Shown: positions 1 to 12,860 of the stretch, piece after piece
Numbering within the stretch: the first letter of the stretch is position 1
How the letters are laid out: each line of letters starts with the position of its first letter
DNA from: the human T2T-CHM13v2.0 reference genome, Homo sapiens
Direction: 5' to 3' (one strand)
Assembly (NCBI RefSeq): GCF_009914755.1
Contig: NC_060928.1
DNA: 64,000 bases
Notes under the pieces: model-generated
What the model was told of the DNA's origin: nothing
Seen by the model: only the letters and a program-made list of their open reading frames with translations
Database searches by the model: none
Translations under genes and position numbers: made by a program

Positions 1-31
1 CTGGAAGCGGACATTTCGAGCGCTTTGAGGC

Positions 32-48
32 CTATGGTGAAAAAGGAA
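32..48 (-). promoter_or_regulatory. pJalpha (A-box) site, first example; A-type monomers are m3, 5, 7, 10, 12, 15, 17, 19
   Basis: CTATGGTGAAAAAGGAA is the reverse complement of TTCCTTTTTCACCATAG and occupies the position homologous to the CENP-B box. Confidence 0.85.
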
Positions 49-202
49 ATATCTTCTCATAAAAACCAGAAAGAAGCATTCTCAGAAACTTCTTTGTGTT
101 GTGTGTACTCAAGTAACAGTGTTGAACCTTCCTTTTGACACAGCAGTTTTGAAACACTCTTTTGGTAGAATCTGCAAGTGGATATTTGGATAGCTTTGAG
201 GA

Positions 203-219
203 TTTCGTTGGAAACGGGT
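203..219 (+). promoter_or_regulatory. CENP-B box (first example; 8 core-intact boxes per 19-mer, in m1, 2, 4, 6, 8, 11, 14, 16)
   Basis: TTTCGTTGGAAACGGGT matches the binding core NTTCGNNNNANNCGGGN. Confidence 0.93.
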
Positions 220-372
220 TATCTTCATATAAAATCCAGACAGGAGCATTCTCAGAAACTTCTTTGTGCTGCATGTCCTCAATTCACAGAGCTGAACCTT
301 TGTTTGGATACAGCATTTTGGAAACATTCCTTTAGTAGAATCTGCAAGTTGATATTTAGATAGCTTTGAAGA

Positions 373-389
373 TTTCGTTGGAAACGGGA
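373..389 (+). promoter_or_regulatory. CENP-B box in m2, in the monomer adjacent to the m1 box
   Basis: TTTCGTTGGAAACGGGA. Confidence 0.93.
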
Positions 390-3300
390 ATATCTTCATA
401 GAAAATCTAGACGGAAGCATTCTCAGAAACTGCTTTGTGATGTTTGCATTCAAGTCACAGAGTTGAATATTCCCTTTTATAGAGTAGGTTTGAAACACTC
501 TTTCGGCACTACCTGGAAGTGGATATTTCGAGCTCTTTGAGGCCTATGGTTAAAAGGAAATATCTTCCCATAAAAACTAGACAGAAGCCGTCTCAGAAAC
601 TTGTTTGTGATGTGTGTATTCAACTAACAGAGTTGAACATTTCTGTTACAGAGCAATTTTAAAACACTCTTTTTGTGGAATCTGAAAGTGGATAATTGGA
701 TAGCTTTGTGGATTTCGTTGGAAACGGGATGACGTATAAAATCTAGAGAGAAGCATTCTCAGGAACTTCTTTCTGATGTTTGCATTCAAGTCACAGAATT
801 GAACATTCCTTTTCATAGTGCAGGTTTGAAACACTCTTTCTGTAGTATCTGGAAGTGGACATTTCAAGCGCTTTCAGGCCTACGGGGAGAAAGGAAATAT
901 CTTCAAATAAAAACTAGACAGAAGGATTCTCAGAAACTTATTTGTGATGTGTGTCCTAAACGAACACAGTTGAACCTTTGTTTTGATACAGCATTTTGGA
1001 AACACTCCTTTTGTAGGATCTGCAGGTGGATATTTAGATAGATTTTAAGATTTCGTTGGAAACGGGAGTTTCTCCATAGAAACTCAAGACAGATGCATTC
1101 TCAGAAACATCTCTGTGATGTTTGCATTCCACTCATAGAGTTGAAAACTTCCTTTCATAGAGCAGGTTTGAAACACTCTTTTTGTAATATTTGGAAGTGG
1201 ACATTTGCAGCGCTTTGAGGCCTATGGTGAAAAGGAAATATCTTCTCATAAAAACCAGAAACAAGCATTCTCAGAAACTTCTTTTTGATGTGTGTACTCA
1301 AGTAACAGAGTTGAACCTTCCTTTTGACACAGCAGTTTTGAAACAATCTTTTTGTAGAATCTGCAAGTGGATATTTGGATAGCTTTGAGGATTTCGTTGG
1401 AAACGGGATATCTTCATATAAAATCTAGACAGAAGCATTCTCAGAAACTTCTTTGTGCTGTATGTCCTCAATTAACAGAGTTGAACCATTGCTTGGATAC
1501 AGCATTTTGGAAACATTCCTTTAGTAGAATCTGCAAGTTGATATTTAGATAGATTTGAAGATTTCGTTGGAAAAGGGAATATCTCCATATAAAATCTAGA
1601 GGGAAGCATTCTCAGAAACTGCTTTGTGATGTTTCCATTCAAGTCACAGAGTTGAATATTCCCTTTTATAGAGCACGTTTGAAACACTCTTTCTGCACTA
1701 TCTGGAAGTGGACATTTCGAGCGCTTTGAGGCCTATGGTGAAAAAGGAAATATCTTCCCATAAAAATTAGACAGAAGCATTCTCAGAAACTTGTTTGTGA
1801 TGTGTGTATTCAACTAACAGAGTTGAACTTTTGTTTTTACAGAGCCGTTTTAAAACACTCTTTTTGTGGAATCAGAAAGTGGATATTCGGATGGCTCTGA
1901 GGATTTCGTTGGAAGCGGGATTACATATAAAATCTAGAGAGAAGCATTCTCAGGAACTTCTTTGTGATGTTTGCATTGAAGTCACAGAATTGAACATTCA
2001 CTTTGATAGAGCAGGTTTGAAACACTCATTCTGTAGTATCTGGAAGTGGACATTTCAAGCGCTTTCAGGCCTATGGTGAAAAAGGAAATATCTTCGAATA
2101 AAAACTAGACAGAAGCATCCTCAGAAACTTATTTGTGATGTGTGTCCTCAACTAACAGAGTTGAAACTTTGTTTTGATACAGCATTTTGGAAACACTCCT
2201 TTTGTAGAATCTGCAGGTGGATATGTGGATAGCTCTGAAGATTTCGTTGGAAACGGGAATTTCTTCATATAAAATCAAACAGAAGCATTCTCAGAAACTT
2301 CTCAGTGATGTTTGCATTCAGCTCATGGAGTTGAACACTTCCTTTCATAGAGCCGGTTTGAAACACTCTTTCTGCACTACCTGGAAGAGGACATTTCGAG
2401 CGCTTTGAGTCCTATGGTGAAAAAGGAAATATCTTCTCATAAAAACCAGAAAGAAGCATTCTCAGAAACTTCTTTGTGTTGTGTGTACTCATGTAACAGT
2501 GTTGAACCATCCTTTTGACAGAGCAGTTTTGAAACACTCTTTTTGTAGAATCTGCAAGTGGATATTTGGATAGCTTTGAGGATTTCGTTGGAAACGGGAT
2601 GACATATAATATCTAGAGAGAAGCATTCTCAGGAACTTCTTTGTGATGTTTGCATTCAAGTCACAGAATTGAACATTCCCTTTCATAGAGCAGGTTTGAA
2701 ACACTCTTTCTCTAGTATCTGGAAGTGGGCATTTCAAGCGCTTTCAGGCCTATGGAGAGAAAGGAAATACCTTCAAATAAAAACTAGACAGAAGCATTCT
2801 CAGAAACTTATTTGTGATGTGTGTCCTCAACTAACAGAGTTGAACCTTTGTTTTGATACAGCATTTTGGAAACACTCCTTTTGTAGAATCTGCAGGTGGA
2901 TATTTGGATAACTTTGAAGATTTCGTTGGAAACCGGAATATCTTCATATAAAATCAAGACAGAAGCATTCTCGGAAACATCTCTGTGATGTTTGCATTCA
3001 ACTCAGTAGAGTTGAACACTTCCTTTCATAGAGCCGGTTTGAAACACTCTTTCTGCACTACCTGGAAGCGGACATTTCGAGCGCTTTGAGGCCTATGGTG
3101 AAAAAGGAAATATCTTCTCATAAAAACCAGAAAGAAGCATTCTCAGAAACTTCTTTGTGTTGTGTGTACTCAAGTAACAGTGTTGAACCTTCCTTTTGAC
3201 ACAGCAGTTTTGAAACACTCTTTTGGTAGAATCTGCAAGTGGATATTTGGATAGCTTTGAGGATTTCGTTGGAAACGGGTTATCTTCATATAAAATCCAG

Positions 3301-4111
3301 ACAGGAGCATTCTCAGAAACTTCTTTGTGCTGCATGTCCTCAATTCACAGAGCTGAACCTTTGTTTGGATACAGCATTTTGGAAACATTCCTTTAGTAGA
3401 ATCTGCAAGTTGATATTTAGATAGCTTTGAAGATTTCGTTGGAAACGGGAATATCTTCATAGAAAATCTAGACGGAAGCATTCTCAGAAACTGCTTTGTG
3501 ATGTTTGCATTCAAGTCACAGAGTTGAATATTCCCTTTTATAGAGTAGGTTTGAAACACTCTTTTGGCACTACCTGGAAGTGGATATTTCGAGCTCTTTG
3601 AGGCCTATGGTTAAAAGGAAATATCTTCCCATAAAAACTAGACAGAAGCCGTCTCAGAAACTTGTTTGTGATGTGTGTATTCAACTAACAGAGTTGAACA
3701 TTTCTGTTACAGAGCAATTTTAAAACACTCTTTTTGTGGAATCTGAAAGTGGATAATTGGATAGCTTTGTGGATTTCGTTGGAAACGGGATGACGTATAA
3801 AATCTAGAGAGAAGCATTCTCAGGAACTTCTTTCTGATGTTTGCATTCAAGTCACAGAATTGAACTTTCCTTTTCATAGTGCAGGTTTGAAACACTCTTT
3901 CTGTAGTATCTGGAAGTGGACATTTCAAGCGCTTTCAGGCCTACGGGGAGAAAGGAAATATCTTCAAATAAAAACTAGACAGAAGGATTCTCAGAAACTT
4001 ATTTGTGATGTGTGTCCTAAACGAACACAGTTGAACCTTTGTTTTGATACAGCATTTTGGAAACACTCCTTTTGTAGGATCTGCAGGTGGATATTTGGAT
4101 AGATTTTAAGA

Positions 4112-4128
4112 CTTCGTTGGAAACGGGA
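4112..4128 (+). promoter_or_regulatory. Textbook-consensus CENP-B box (also at 7174-7190 and 10236-10252)
   Basis: CTTCGTTGGAAACGGGA. The T>C variant is seen only in m6 of three 18-mer copies. Confidence 0.92.
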
Positions 4129-7100
4129 GTTTCTTCATAGAAACTCAAGACAGATGCATTCTCAGAAACATCTCTGTGATGTTTGCATTCCACTCATAGA
4201 GTTGAAAACTTCCTTTCATAGAGCAGGTTTGAAACACTCTTTTTGTAATATTTGGAAGTGGACATTTGCAGCGCTTTGAGGCCTATGGTGAAAAAGGAAA
4301 TATCTTCTCATAAAAACCAGAAAGAAGCATTCTCAGAAACTTCTTTTTGATGTGTGTACTCAAGTAACAGAGTTGAACCTTCCTTTTGACACAGCAGTTT
4401 TGAAACAATCTTTTTGTAGAATCTGCAAGTGGATATTTGGATAGCTTTGAGGATTTCGTTGGAAACGGGATATCTTCATATAAAATCTAGACAGAAGCAT
4501 TCTCAGAAACTTCTTTGTGCTGTATGTCCTCAATTAACAGAGTTGAACCATTGCTTGGATACAGCATTTTGGAAACATTCCTTGAGTAGAATCTGCAAGT
4601 TGATATTTAGATAGATTTGAAGATTTCGTTGGAAAAGGGAATATCTCCATATAAAATCTAGAGGGAAGCATTCTCAGAAACTGCTTTGTGATGTTTCCAT
4701 TCAAGTCACAGAGTTGAATATTCCCTTTTATAGAGCACGTTTGAAACACTCTTTCTGCACTATCTGGAAGTGGACATTTCGAGCGCTTTGAGGCCTATGG
4801 TGAAAAAGGAAATATCTTCCCATAAAAACTAGACAGAAGCATTCTCAGAAACTTGTTTGTGATGTGTGTATTCAACTAACAGAGTTGAACTTTTGTTTTT
4901 ACAGAGCCGTTTTAAAACACTCTTTTTGTGGAATCAGAAAGTGGATATTCGGATGGCTCTGAGGATTTCGTTGGAAGCGGGATTACATATAAAATCTAGA
5001 GAGAAGCATTCTCAGGAACTTCTTTGTGATGTTTGCATTGAAGTCACAGAATTGAACATTCACTTTGATAGAGCAGGTTTGAAACACTCATTCTGTAGTA
5101 TCTGGAAGTGGACATTTCAAGCGCTTTCAGGCCTATGGTGAAAAAGGAAATATCTTCGAATAAAATCTAGACAGAAGCATTCTCAGAAACTTATTTGTGA
5201 TGTGTGTCCTCAACTAACAGAGTTGAACCTTGGTTTTGATACAGCATTTTGGAAACACTCCTTTTGTAGAATCTGCAGGTGGATATGTGGATAGCTCTGA
5301 AGATTTCGTTGGAAACGGGAATTTCTTCATATAAAATCAAACAGAAGCATTCTCAGAAACTTCTCAGTGATGTTTGCATTCAGCTCATGGAGTTGAACAC
5401 TTCCTTTCATAGAGCCGGTTTGAAACACTCTTTCTGCACTACCTGGAAGAGGACATTTCGAGCGCTTTGAGTCCTATGGTGAAAAAGGAAATATCTTCTC
5501 ATAAAAACCAGAAAGAAGCATTCTCAGAAACTTCTTTGTGTTGTGTGTACTCATGTAACAGTGTTGAACCATCCTTTTGACAGAGCAGTTTTGAAACACT
5601 CTTTTTGTAGAATCTGCAAGTGGATATTTGGATAGCTTTGAGGATTTCGTTGGAAACGGGATGACATATAATATCTAGAGAGAAGCATTCTCAGGAACTT
5701 CTTTGTGATGTTTGCATTCAAGTCACAGAATTGAACATTCCCTTTCATAGAGCAGGTTTGAAACACTCTTTCTCTAGTATCTGGAAGTGGGCATTTCAAG
5801 CGCTTTCAGGCCTATGGAGAGAAAGGAAATACCTTCAAATAAAAACTAGACAGAAGCATTCTCAGAAACTTATTTGTGATGTGTGTCCTCAACTAACAGA
5901 GTTGAACCTTTGTTTTGATACAGCATTTTGGAAACACTCCTTTTGTAGAATCTGCAGGTGGATATTTGGATAACTTTGAAGATTTCGTTGGAAACCGGAA
6001 TATCTTCATATAAAATCAAGACAGAAGCATTCTCGGAAACATCTCTGTGATGTTTGCATTCAACTCAGTAGAGTTGAACACTTCCTTTCATAGAGCCGGT
6101 TTGAAACTGTCTTTCTGCACTACCTGGAAGCGGACATTTCGAGCGCTTTGAGGCCTATGGTGAAAAAGGAAATATCTTCTCATAAAAACCAGAAAGAAGC
6201 ATTCTCAGAAACTTCTTTGTGTTGTGTGTACTCAAGTAACAGTGTTGAACCTTCCTTTTGACACAGCAGTTTTGAAACACTCTTTTGGTAGAATCTGCAA
6301 GTGGATATTTGGATAGCTTTGAGGATTTCGTTGGAAACGGGTTATCTTCATATAAAATCCAGACAGGAGCATTCTCAGAAACTTCTTTGTGCTGCATGTC
6401 CTCAATTCACAGAGCTGAACCTTTGTTTGGATACAGCATTTTGGAAACATTCCTTTAGTAGAATCTGCAAGTTGATATTTAGATAGCTTTGAAGATTTCG
6501 TTGGAAACGGGAATATCTTCATAGAAAATCTAGACGGAAGCATTCTCAGAAACTGCTTTGTGATGTTTGCATTCAAGTCACAGAGTTGAATATTCCCTTT
6601 TATAGAGTAGGTTTGAAACACTCTTTTGGCACTACCTGGAAGTGGATATTTCGAGCTCTTTGAGGCCTATGGTTAAAAGGAAATATCTTCCCATAAAAAC
6701 TAGACAGAAGCCGTCTCAGAAACTTGTTTGTGATGTGTGTATTCAACTAACAGAGTTGAACATTTCTGTTACAGAGCAATTTTAAAACACTCTTTTTGTG
6801 GAATCTGAAAGTGGATAATTGGATAGCTTTGTGGATTTCGTTGGAAACGGGATGACGTATAAAATCTAGAGAGAAGCATTCTCAGGAACTTCTTTCTGAT
6901 GTTTGCATTCAAGTCACAGAATTGAACATTCCTTTTCATAGTGCAGGTTTGAAACACTCTTTCTGTAGTATCTGGAAGTGGACATTTCAAGCGCTTTCAG
7001 GCCTACGGGGAGAAAGGAAATATCTTCAAATAAAAACTAGACAGAAGGATTCTCAGAAACTTATTTGTGATGTGTGTCCTAAACGAACACAGTTGAACCT

Positions 7101-10100
7101 TTGTTTTGATACAGCATTTTGGAAACACTCCTTTTGTAGGATCTGCAGGTGGATATTTGGATAGATTTTAAGACTTCGTTGGAAACGGGAGTTTCTTCAT
7201 AGAAACTCAAGACAGATGCATTCTCAGAAACATCTCTGTGATGTTTGCATTCCACTCATAGAGTTGAAAACTTCCTTTCATAGAGCAGGTTTGAAACACT
7301 CTTTTTGTAATATTTGGAAGTGGACATTTGCAGCGCTTTGAGGCCTATGGTGAAAAAGGAAATATCTTCTCATAAAAACCAGAAACAAGCATTCTCAGAA
7401 ACTTCTTTTTGATGTGTGTACTCAAGTAACAGAGTTGAACCTTCCTTTTGACACAGCAGTTTTGAAACAATCTTTTTGTAGAATCTGCAAGTGGATATTT
7501 GGATAGCTTTGAGGATTTCGTTGGAAACGGGATATCTTCATATAAAATCTAGACAGAAGCATTCTCAGAAACTTCTTTGTGCTGTATGTCCTCAATTAAC
7601 AGAGTTGAACCATTGCTTGGATACAGCATTTTGGAAACATTCCTTGAGTAGAATCTGCAAGTTGATATTTAGATAGATTTGAAGATTTCGTTGGAAAAGG
7701 GAATATCTCCATATAAAATCTAGAGGGAAGCATTCTCAGAAACTGCTTTGTGATGTTTCCATTCAAGTCACAGAGTTGAATATTCCCTTTTATAGAGCAC
7801 GTTTGAAACACTCTTTCTGCACTATCTGGAAGTGGACATTTCGAGCGCTTTGAGGCCTATGGTGAAAAAGGAAATATCTTCCCATAAAAACTAGACAGAA
7901 GCATTCTCAGAAACTTGTTTGTGATGTGTGTATTCAACTAACAGAGTTGAACTTTTGTTTTTACAGAGCCGTTTTAAAACACTCTTTTTGTGGAATCAGA
8001 AAGTGGATATTCGGATGGCTCTGAGGATTTCGTTGGAAGCGGGATTACATATAAAATCTAGAGAGAAGCATTCTCAGGAACTTCTTTGTGATGTTTGCAT
8101 TGAAGTCACAGAATTGAACATTCACTTTGATAGAGCAGGTTTGAAACACTCATTCTGTAGTATCTGGAAGTGGACATTTCAAGCGCTTTCAGGCCTATGG
8201 TGAAAAAGGAAATATCTTCGAATAAAAACTAGACAGAAGCATCCTCAGAAACTTATTTGTGATGTGTGTCCTCAACTAACAGAGTTGAAACTTTGTTTTG
8301 ATACAGCATTTTGGAAACACTCCTTTTGTAGAATCTGCAGGTGGATATGTGGATAGCTCTGAAGATTTCGTTGGAAACGGGAATTTCTTCATATAAAATC
8401 AAACAGAAGCATTCTCAGAAACTTCTCAGTGATGTTTGCATTCAGCTCATGGAGTTGAACACTTCCTTTCATAGAGCCGGTTTGAAACACTCTTTCTGCA
8501 CTACCTGGAAGAGGACATTTCGAGCGCTTTGAGTCCTATGGTGAAAAAGGAAATATCTTCTCATAAAAACCAGAAAGAAGCATTCTCAGAAACTTCTTTG
8601 TGTTGTGTGTACTCATGTAACAGTGTTGAACCATCCTTTTGACAGAGCAGTTTTGAAACACTCTTTTTGTAGAATCTGCAAGTGGATATTTGGATAGCTT
8701 TGAGGATTTCGTTGGAAACGGGATGACATATAATATCTAGAGAGAAGCATTCTCAGGAACTTCTTTGTGATGTTTGCATTCAAGTCACAGAATTGAACAT
8801 TCCCTTTCATAGAGCAGGTTTGAAACACTCTTTCTCTAGTATCTGGAAGTGGGCATTTCAAGCGCTTTCAGGCCTATGGAGAGAAAGGAAATACCTTCAA
8901 ATAAAAACTAGACAGAAGCATTCTCAGAAACTTATTTGTGATGTGTGTCCTCAACTAACAGAGTTGAACCTTTGTTTTGATACAGCATTTTGGAAACACT
9001 CCTTTTGTAGAATCTGCAGGTGGATATTTGGATAACTTTGAAGATTTCGTTGGAAACCGGAATATCTTCATATAAAATCAAGACAGAAGCATTCTCGGAA
9101 ACATCTCTGTGATGTTTGCATTCAACTCAGTAGAGTTGAACACTTCCTTTCATAGAGCCGGTTTGAAACACTCTTTCTGCACTACCTGGAAGCGGACATT
9201 TCGAGCGCTTTGAGGCCTATGGTGAAAAAGGAAATATCTTCTCATAAAAACCAGAAAGAAGCATTCTCAGAAACTTCTTTGTGTTGTGTGTACTCAAGTA
9301 ACAGTGTTGAACCTTCCTTTTGACACAGCAGTTTTGAAACACTCTTTTGGTAGAATCTGCAAGTGGATATTTGGATAGCTTTGAGGATTTCGTTGGAAAC
9401 GGGTTATCTTCATATAAAATCCAGACAGGAGCATTCTCAGAAACTTCTTTGTGCTGCATGTCCTCAATTCACAGAGCTGAACCTTTGTTTGGATACAGCA
9501 TTTTGGAAACATTCCTTTAGTAGAATCTGCAAGTTGATATTTAGATAGCTTTGAAGATTTCGTTGGAAACGGGAATATCTTCATAGAAAATCTAGACGGA
9601 AGCATTCTCAGAAACTGCTTTGTGATGTTTGCATTCAAGTCACAGAGTTGAATATTCCCTTTTATAGAGTAGGTTTGAAACACTCTTTTGGCACTACCTG
9701 GAAGTGGATATTTCGAGCTCTTTGAGGCCTATGGTTAAAAGGAAATATCTTCCCATAAAAACTAGACAGAAGCCGTCTCAGAAACTTGTTTGTGATGTGT
9801 GTATTCAACTAACAGAGTTGAACATTTCTGTTACAGAGCAATTTTAAAACACTCTTTTTGTGGAATCTGAAAGTGGATAATTGGATAGCTTTGTGGATTT
9901 CGTTGGAAACGGGATGACGTATAAAATCTAGAGAGAAGCATTCTCAGGAACTTCTTTCTGATGTTTGCATTCAAGTCACAGAATTGAACTTTCCTTTTCA
10001 TAGTGCAGGTTTGAAACACTCTTTCTGTAGTATCTGGAAGTGGACATTTCAAGCGCTTTCAGGCCTACGGGGAGAAAGGAAATATCTTCAAATAAAAACT

Positions 10101-10989
10101 AGACAGAAGGATTCTCAGAAACTTATTTGTGATGTGTGTCCTAAACGAACACAGTTGAACCTTTGTTTTGATACAGCATTTTGGAAACACTCCTTTTGTA
10201 GGATCTGCAGGTGGATATTTGGATAGATTTTAAGACTTCGTTGGAAACGGGAGTTTCTTCATAGAAACTCAAGACAGATGCATTCTCAGAAACATCTCTG
10301 TGATGTTTGCATTCCACTCATAGAGTTGAAAACTTCCTTTCATAGAGCAGGTTTGAAACACTCTTTTTGTAATATTTGGAAGTGGACATTTGCAGCGCTT
10401 TGAGGCCTATGGTGAAAAAGGAAATATCTTCTCATAAAAACCAGAAAGAAGCATTCTCAGAAACTTCTTTTTGATGTGTGTACTCAAGTAACAGAGTTGA
10501 ACCTTCCTTTTGACACAGCAGTTTTGAAACAATCTTTTTGTAGAATCTGCAAGTGGATATTTGGATAGCTTTGAGGATTTCGTTGGAAACGGGATATCTT
10601 CATATAAAATCTAGACAGAAGCATTCTCAGAAACTTCTTTGTGCTGTATGTCCTCAATTAACAGAGTTGAACCATTGCTTGGATACAGCATTTTGGAAAC
10701 ATTCCTTGAGTAGAATCTGCAAGTTGATATTTAGATAGATTTGAAGATTTCGTTGGAAAAGGGAATATCTCCATATAAAATCTAGAGGGAAGCATTCTCA
10801 GAAACTGCTTTGTGATGTTTCCATTCAAGTCACAGAGTTGAATATTCCCTTTTATAGAGCACGTTTGAAACACTCTTTCTGCACTATCTGGAAGTGGACA
10901 TTTCGAGCGCTTTGAGGCCTATGGTGAAAAAGGAAATATCTTCCCATAAAAACTAGACAGAAGCATTCTCAGAAACTTGTTTGTGATGT

Positions 10990-12860
10990 GTGTATTCAAC
11001 TAACAGAGTTGAACTTTTGTTTTTACAGAGCCGTTTTAAAACACTCTTTTTGTGGAATCAGAAAGTGGATATTCGGATGGCTCTGAGGATTTCGTTGGAA
11101 GCGGGATTACATATAAAATCTAGAGAGAAGCATTCTCAGGAACTTCTTTGTGATGTTTGCATTGAAGTCACAGAATTGAACATTCACTTTGATAGAGCAG
11201 GTTTGAAACACTCATTCTGTAGTATCTGGAAGTGGACATTTCAAGCGCTTTCAGGCCTATGGTGAAAAAGGAAATATCTTCGAATAAAATCTAGACAGAA
11301 GCATTCTCAGAAACTTATTTGTGATGTGTGTCCTCAACTAACAGAGTTGAACCTTGGTTTTGATACAGCATTTTGGAAACACTCCTTTTGTAGAATCTGC
11401 AGGTGGATATGTGGATAGCTCTGAAGATTTCGTTGGAAACGGGAATTTCTTCATATAAAATCAAACAGAAGCATTCTCAGAAACTTCTCAGTGATGTTTG
11501 CATTCAGCTCATGGAGTTGAACACTTCCTTTCATAGAGCCGGTTTGAAACACTCTTTCTGCACTACCTGGAAGAGGACATTTCGAGCGCTTTGAGTCTCA
11601 TGGTGAAAAAGGAAATATCTTCTCATAAAAACCAGAAAGAAGCATTCTCAGAAACTTCTTTGTGTTGTGTGTACTCATGTAACAGTGTTGAACCATCCTT
11701 CTGACAGAGCAGTTTTGAAACACTCTTTTTGTAGAATCTGCAAGTGGATATTTGGATAGCTTTGAGGATTTCGTTGGAAACGGGATGACATATAATATCT
11801 AGAGAGAAGCATTCTCAGGAACTTCTTTGTGATGTTTGCATTCAAGTCACAGAATTGAACATTCCCTTTCATAGAGCAGGTTTGAAACACTCTTTCTCTA
11901 GTATCTGGAAGTGGGCATTTGAAGCGCTTTCAGGCCTATGGAGAGAAAGGAAATACCTTCAAATAAAAACTAGACAGAAGCATTCTCAGAAACTTATTTG
12001 TGATGTGTGTCCTCAACTAACAGAGTTGAACCTTTGTTTTGATACAGCATTTTGGAAACACTCCTTTTGTAGAATCTGCAGGTGGATATTTGGATAAATT
12101 TGAAGATTTCGTTGGAAACCGGAATATCTTCATATAAAATCAAGACAGAAGCATTCTCGGAAACATCTCTGTGATGTTTACATTCCACTCATAGAGTTGA
12201 AAACTTCCTTTCATAGAGCAGGTTTGAAACACTCTTTTTGTAATATTTGGAAGTGGACATTTGCAGCGCTTTGAGGCCTATGGTGAAAAAGGAAATATCT
12301 TCTCATAAAAACCAGAAACAAGCATTCTCAGAAACTTCTTTTTGATGTGTGTACTCAAGTAACAGAGTTGAACCTTCCTTTTGACACAGCAGTTTTGAAA
12401 CAATCTTTTTGTAGAATCTGCAAGTGGATATTTGGATAGCTTTGAGGATTTCGTTGGAAACGGGATATCTTCATATAAAATCTAGACAGAAGCATTCTCA
12501 GAAACTTCTTTGTGCTGTATGTCCTCAATTAACAGAGTTGAACCATTGCTTGGATACAGCATTTTGGAAACATTCCTTGAGTAGAATCTGCAAGTTGATA
12601 TTTAGATAGATTTGAAGATTTCGTTGGAAAAGGGAATATCTCCATATAAAATCTAGAGGGAAGCATTCTCAGAAACTGCTTTGTGATGTTTCCATTCAAG
12701 TCACAGAGTTGAATATTCCCTTTTATAGAGCACGTTTGAAACACTCTTTCTGCACTATCTGGAAGTGGACATTTCGAGCGCTTTGAGGCCTATGGTGAAA
12801 AAGGAAATATCTTCCCATAAAAACTAGACAAAAGCATTCTCAGAAACTTGTTTGTGATGT
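10990..12860 (+). repeat. 11-mer variant unit (1871 bp): an 18-mer with a further 7-monomer deletion (m19/m7 hybrid junction at ~12160-12185)
   Basis: Marker spacing 10990 to 12861. The junction reads CTCGGAAACATCTCTGTGATGTTTACATTCCACTCATAG (m19 start, m7 body). Confidence 0.93.

Larger units (their letters stand above)
77..12180 (+). repeat. Block of 18-mer HOR variants (3061-3062 bp), lacking one monomer of the m13/m14 pair
   Basis: m1 starts at 77, 3138, 6200 and 9262. The m13-specific string GCTTAGAGGGATTCGTTGGAAAGGGG is absent until ~13290. Confidence 0.95.

Noticed and set aside
1226-1240. 1-bp deletion in an A-run making the first unit 3061 bp
   Set aside because: A single homopolymer indel is trivial slippage or sequencing error.
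77-12180. D6Z1 assignment based on the 18-mer (~3.06 kb) size
   Set aside because: The 18-mer is directly a one-monomer deletion derivative of the 3232-bp 19-mer in the same array.
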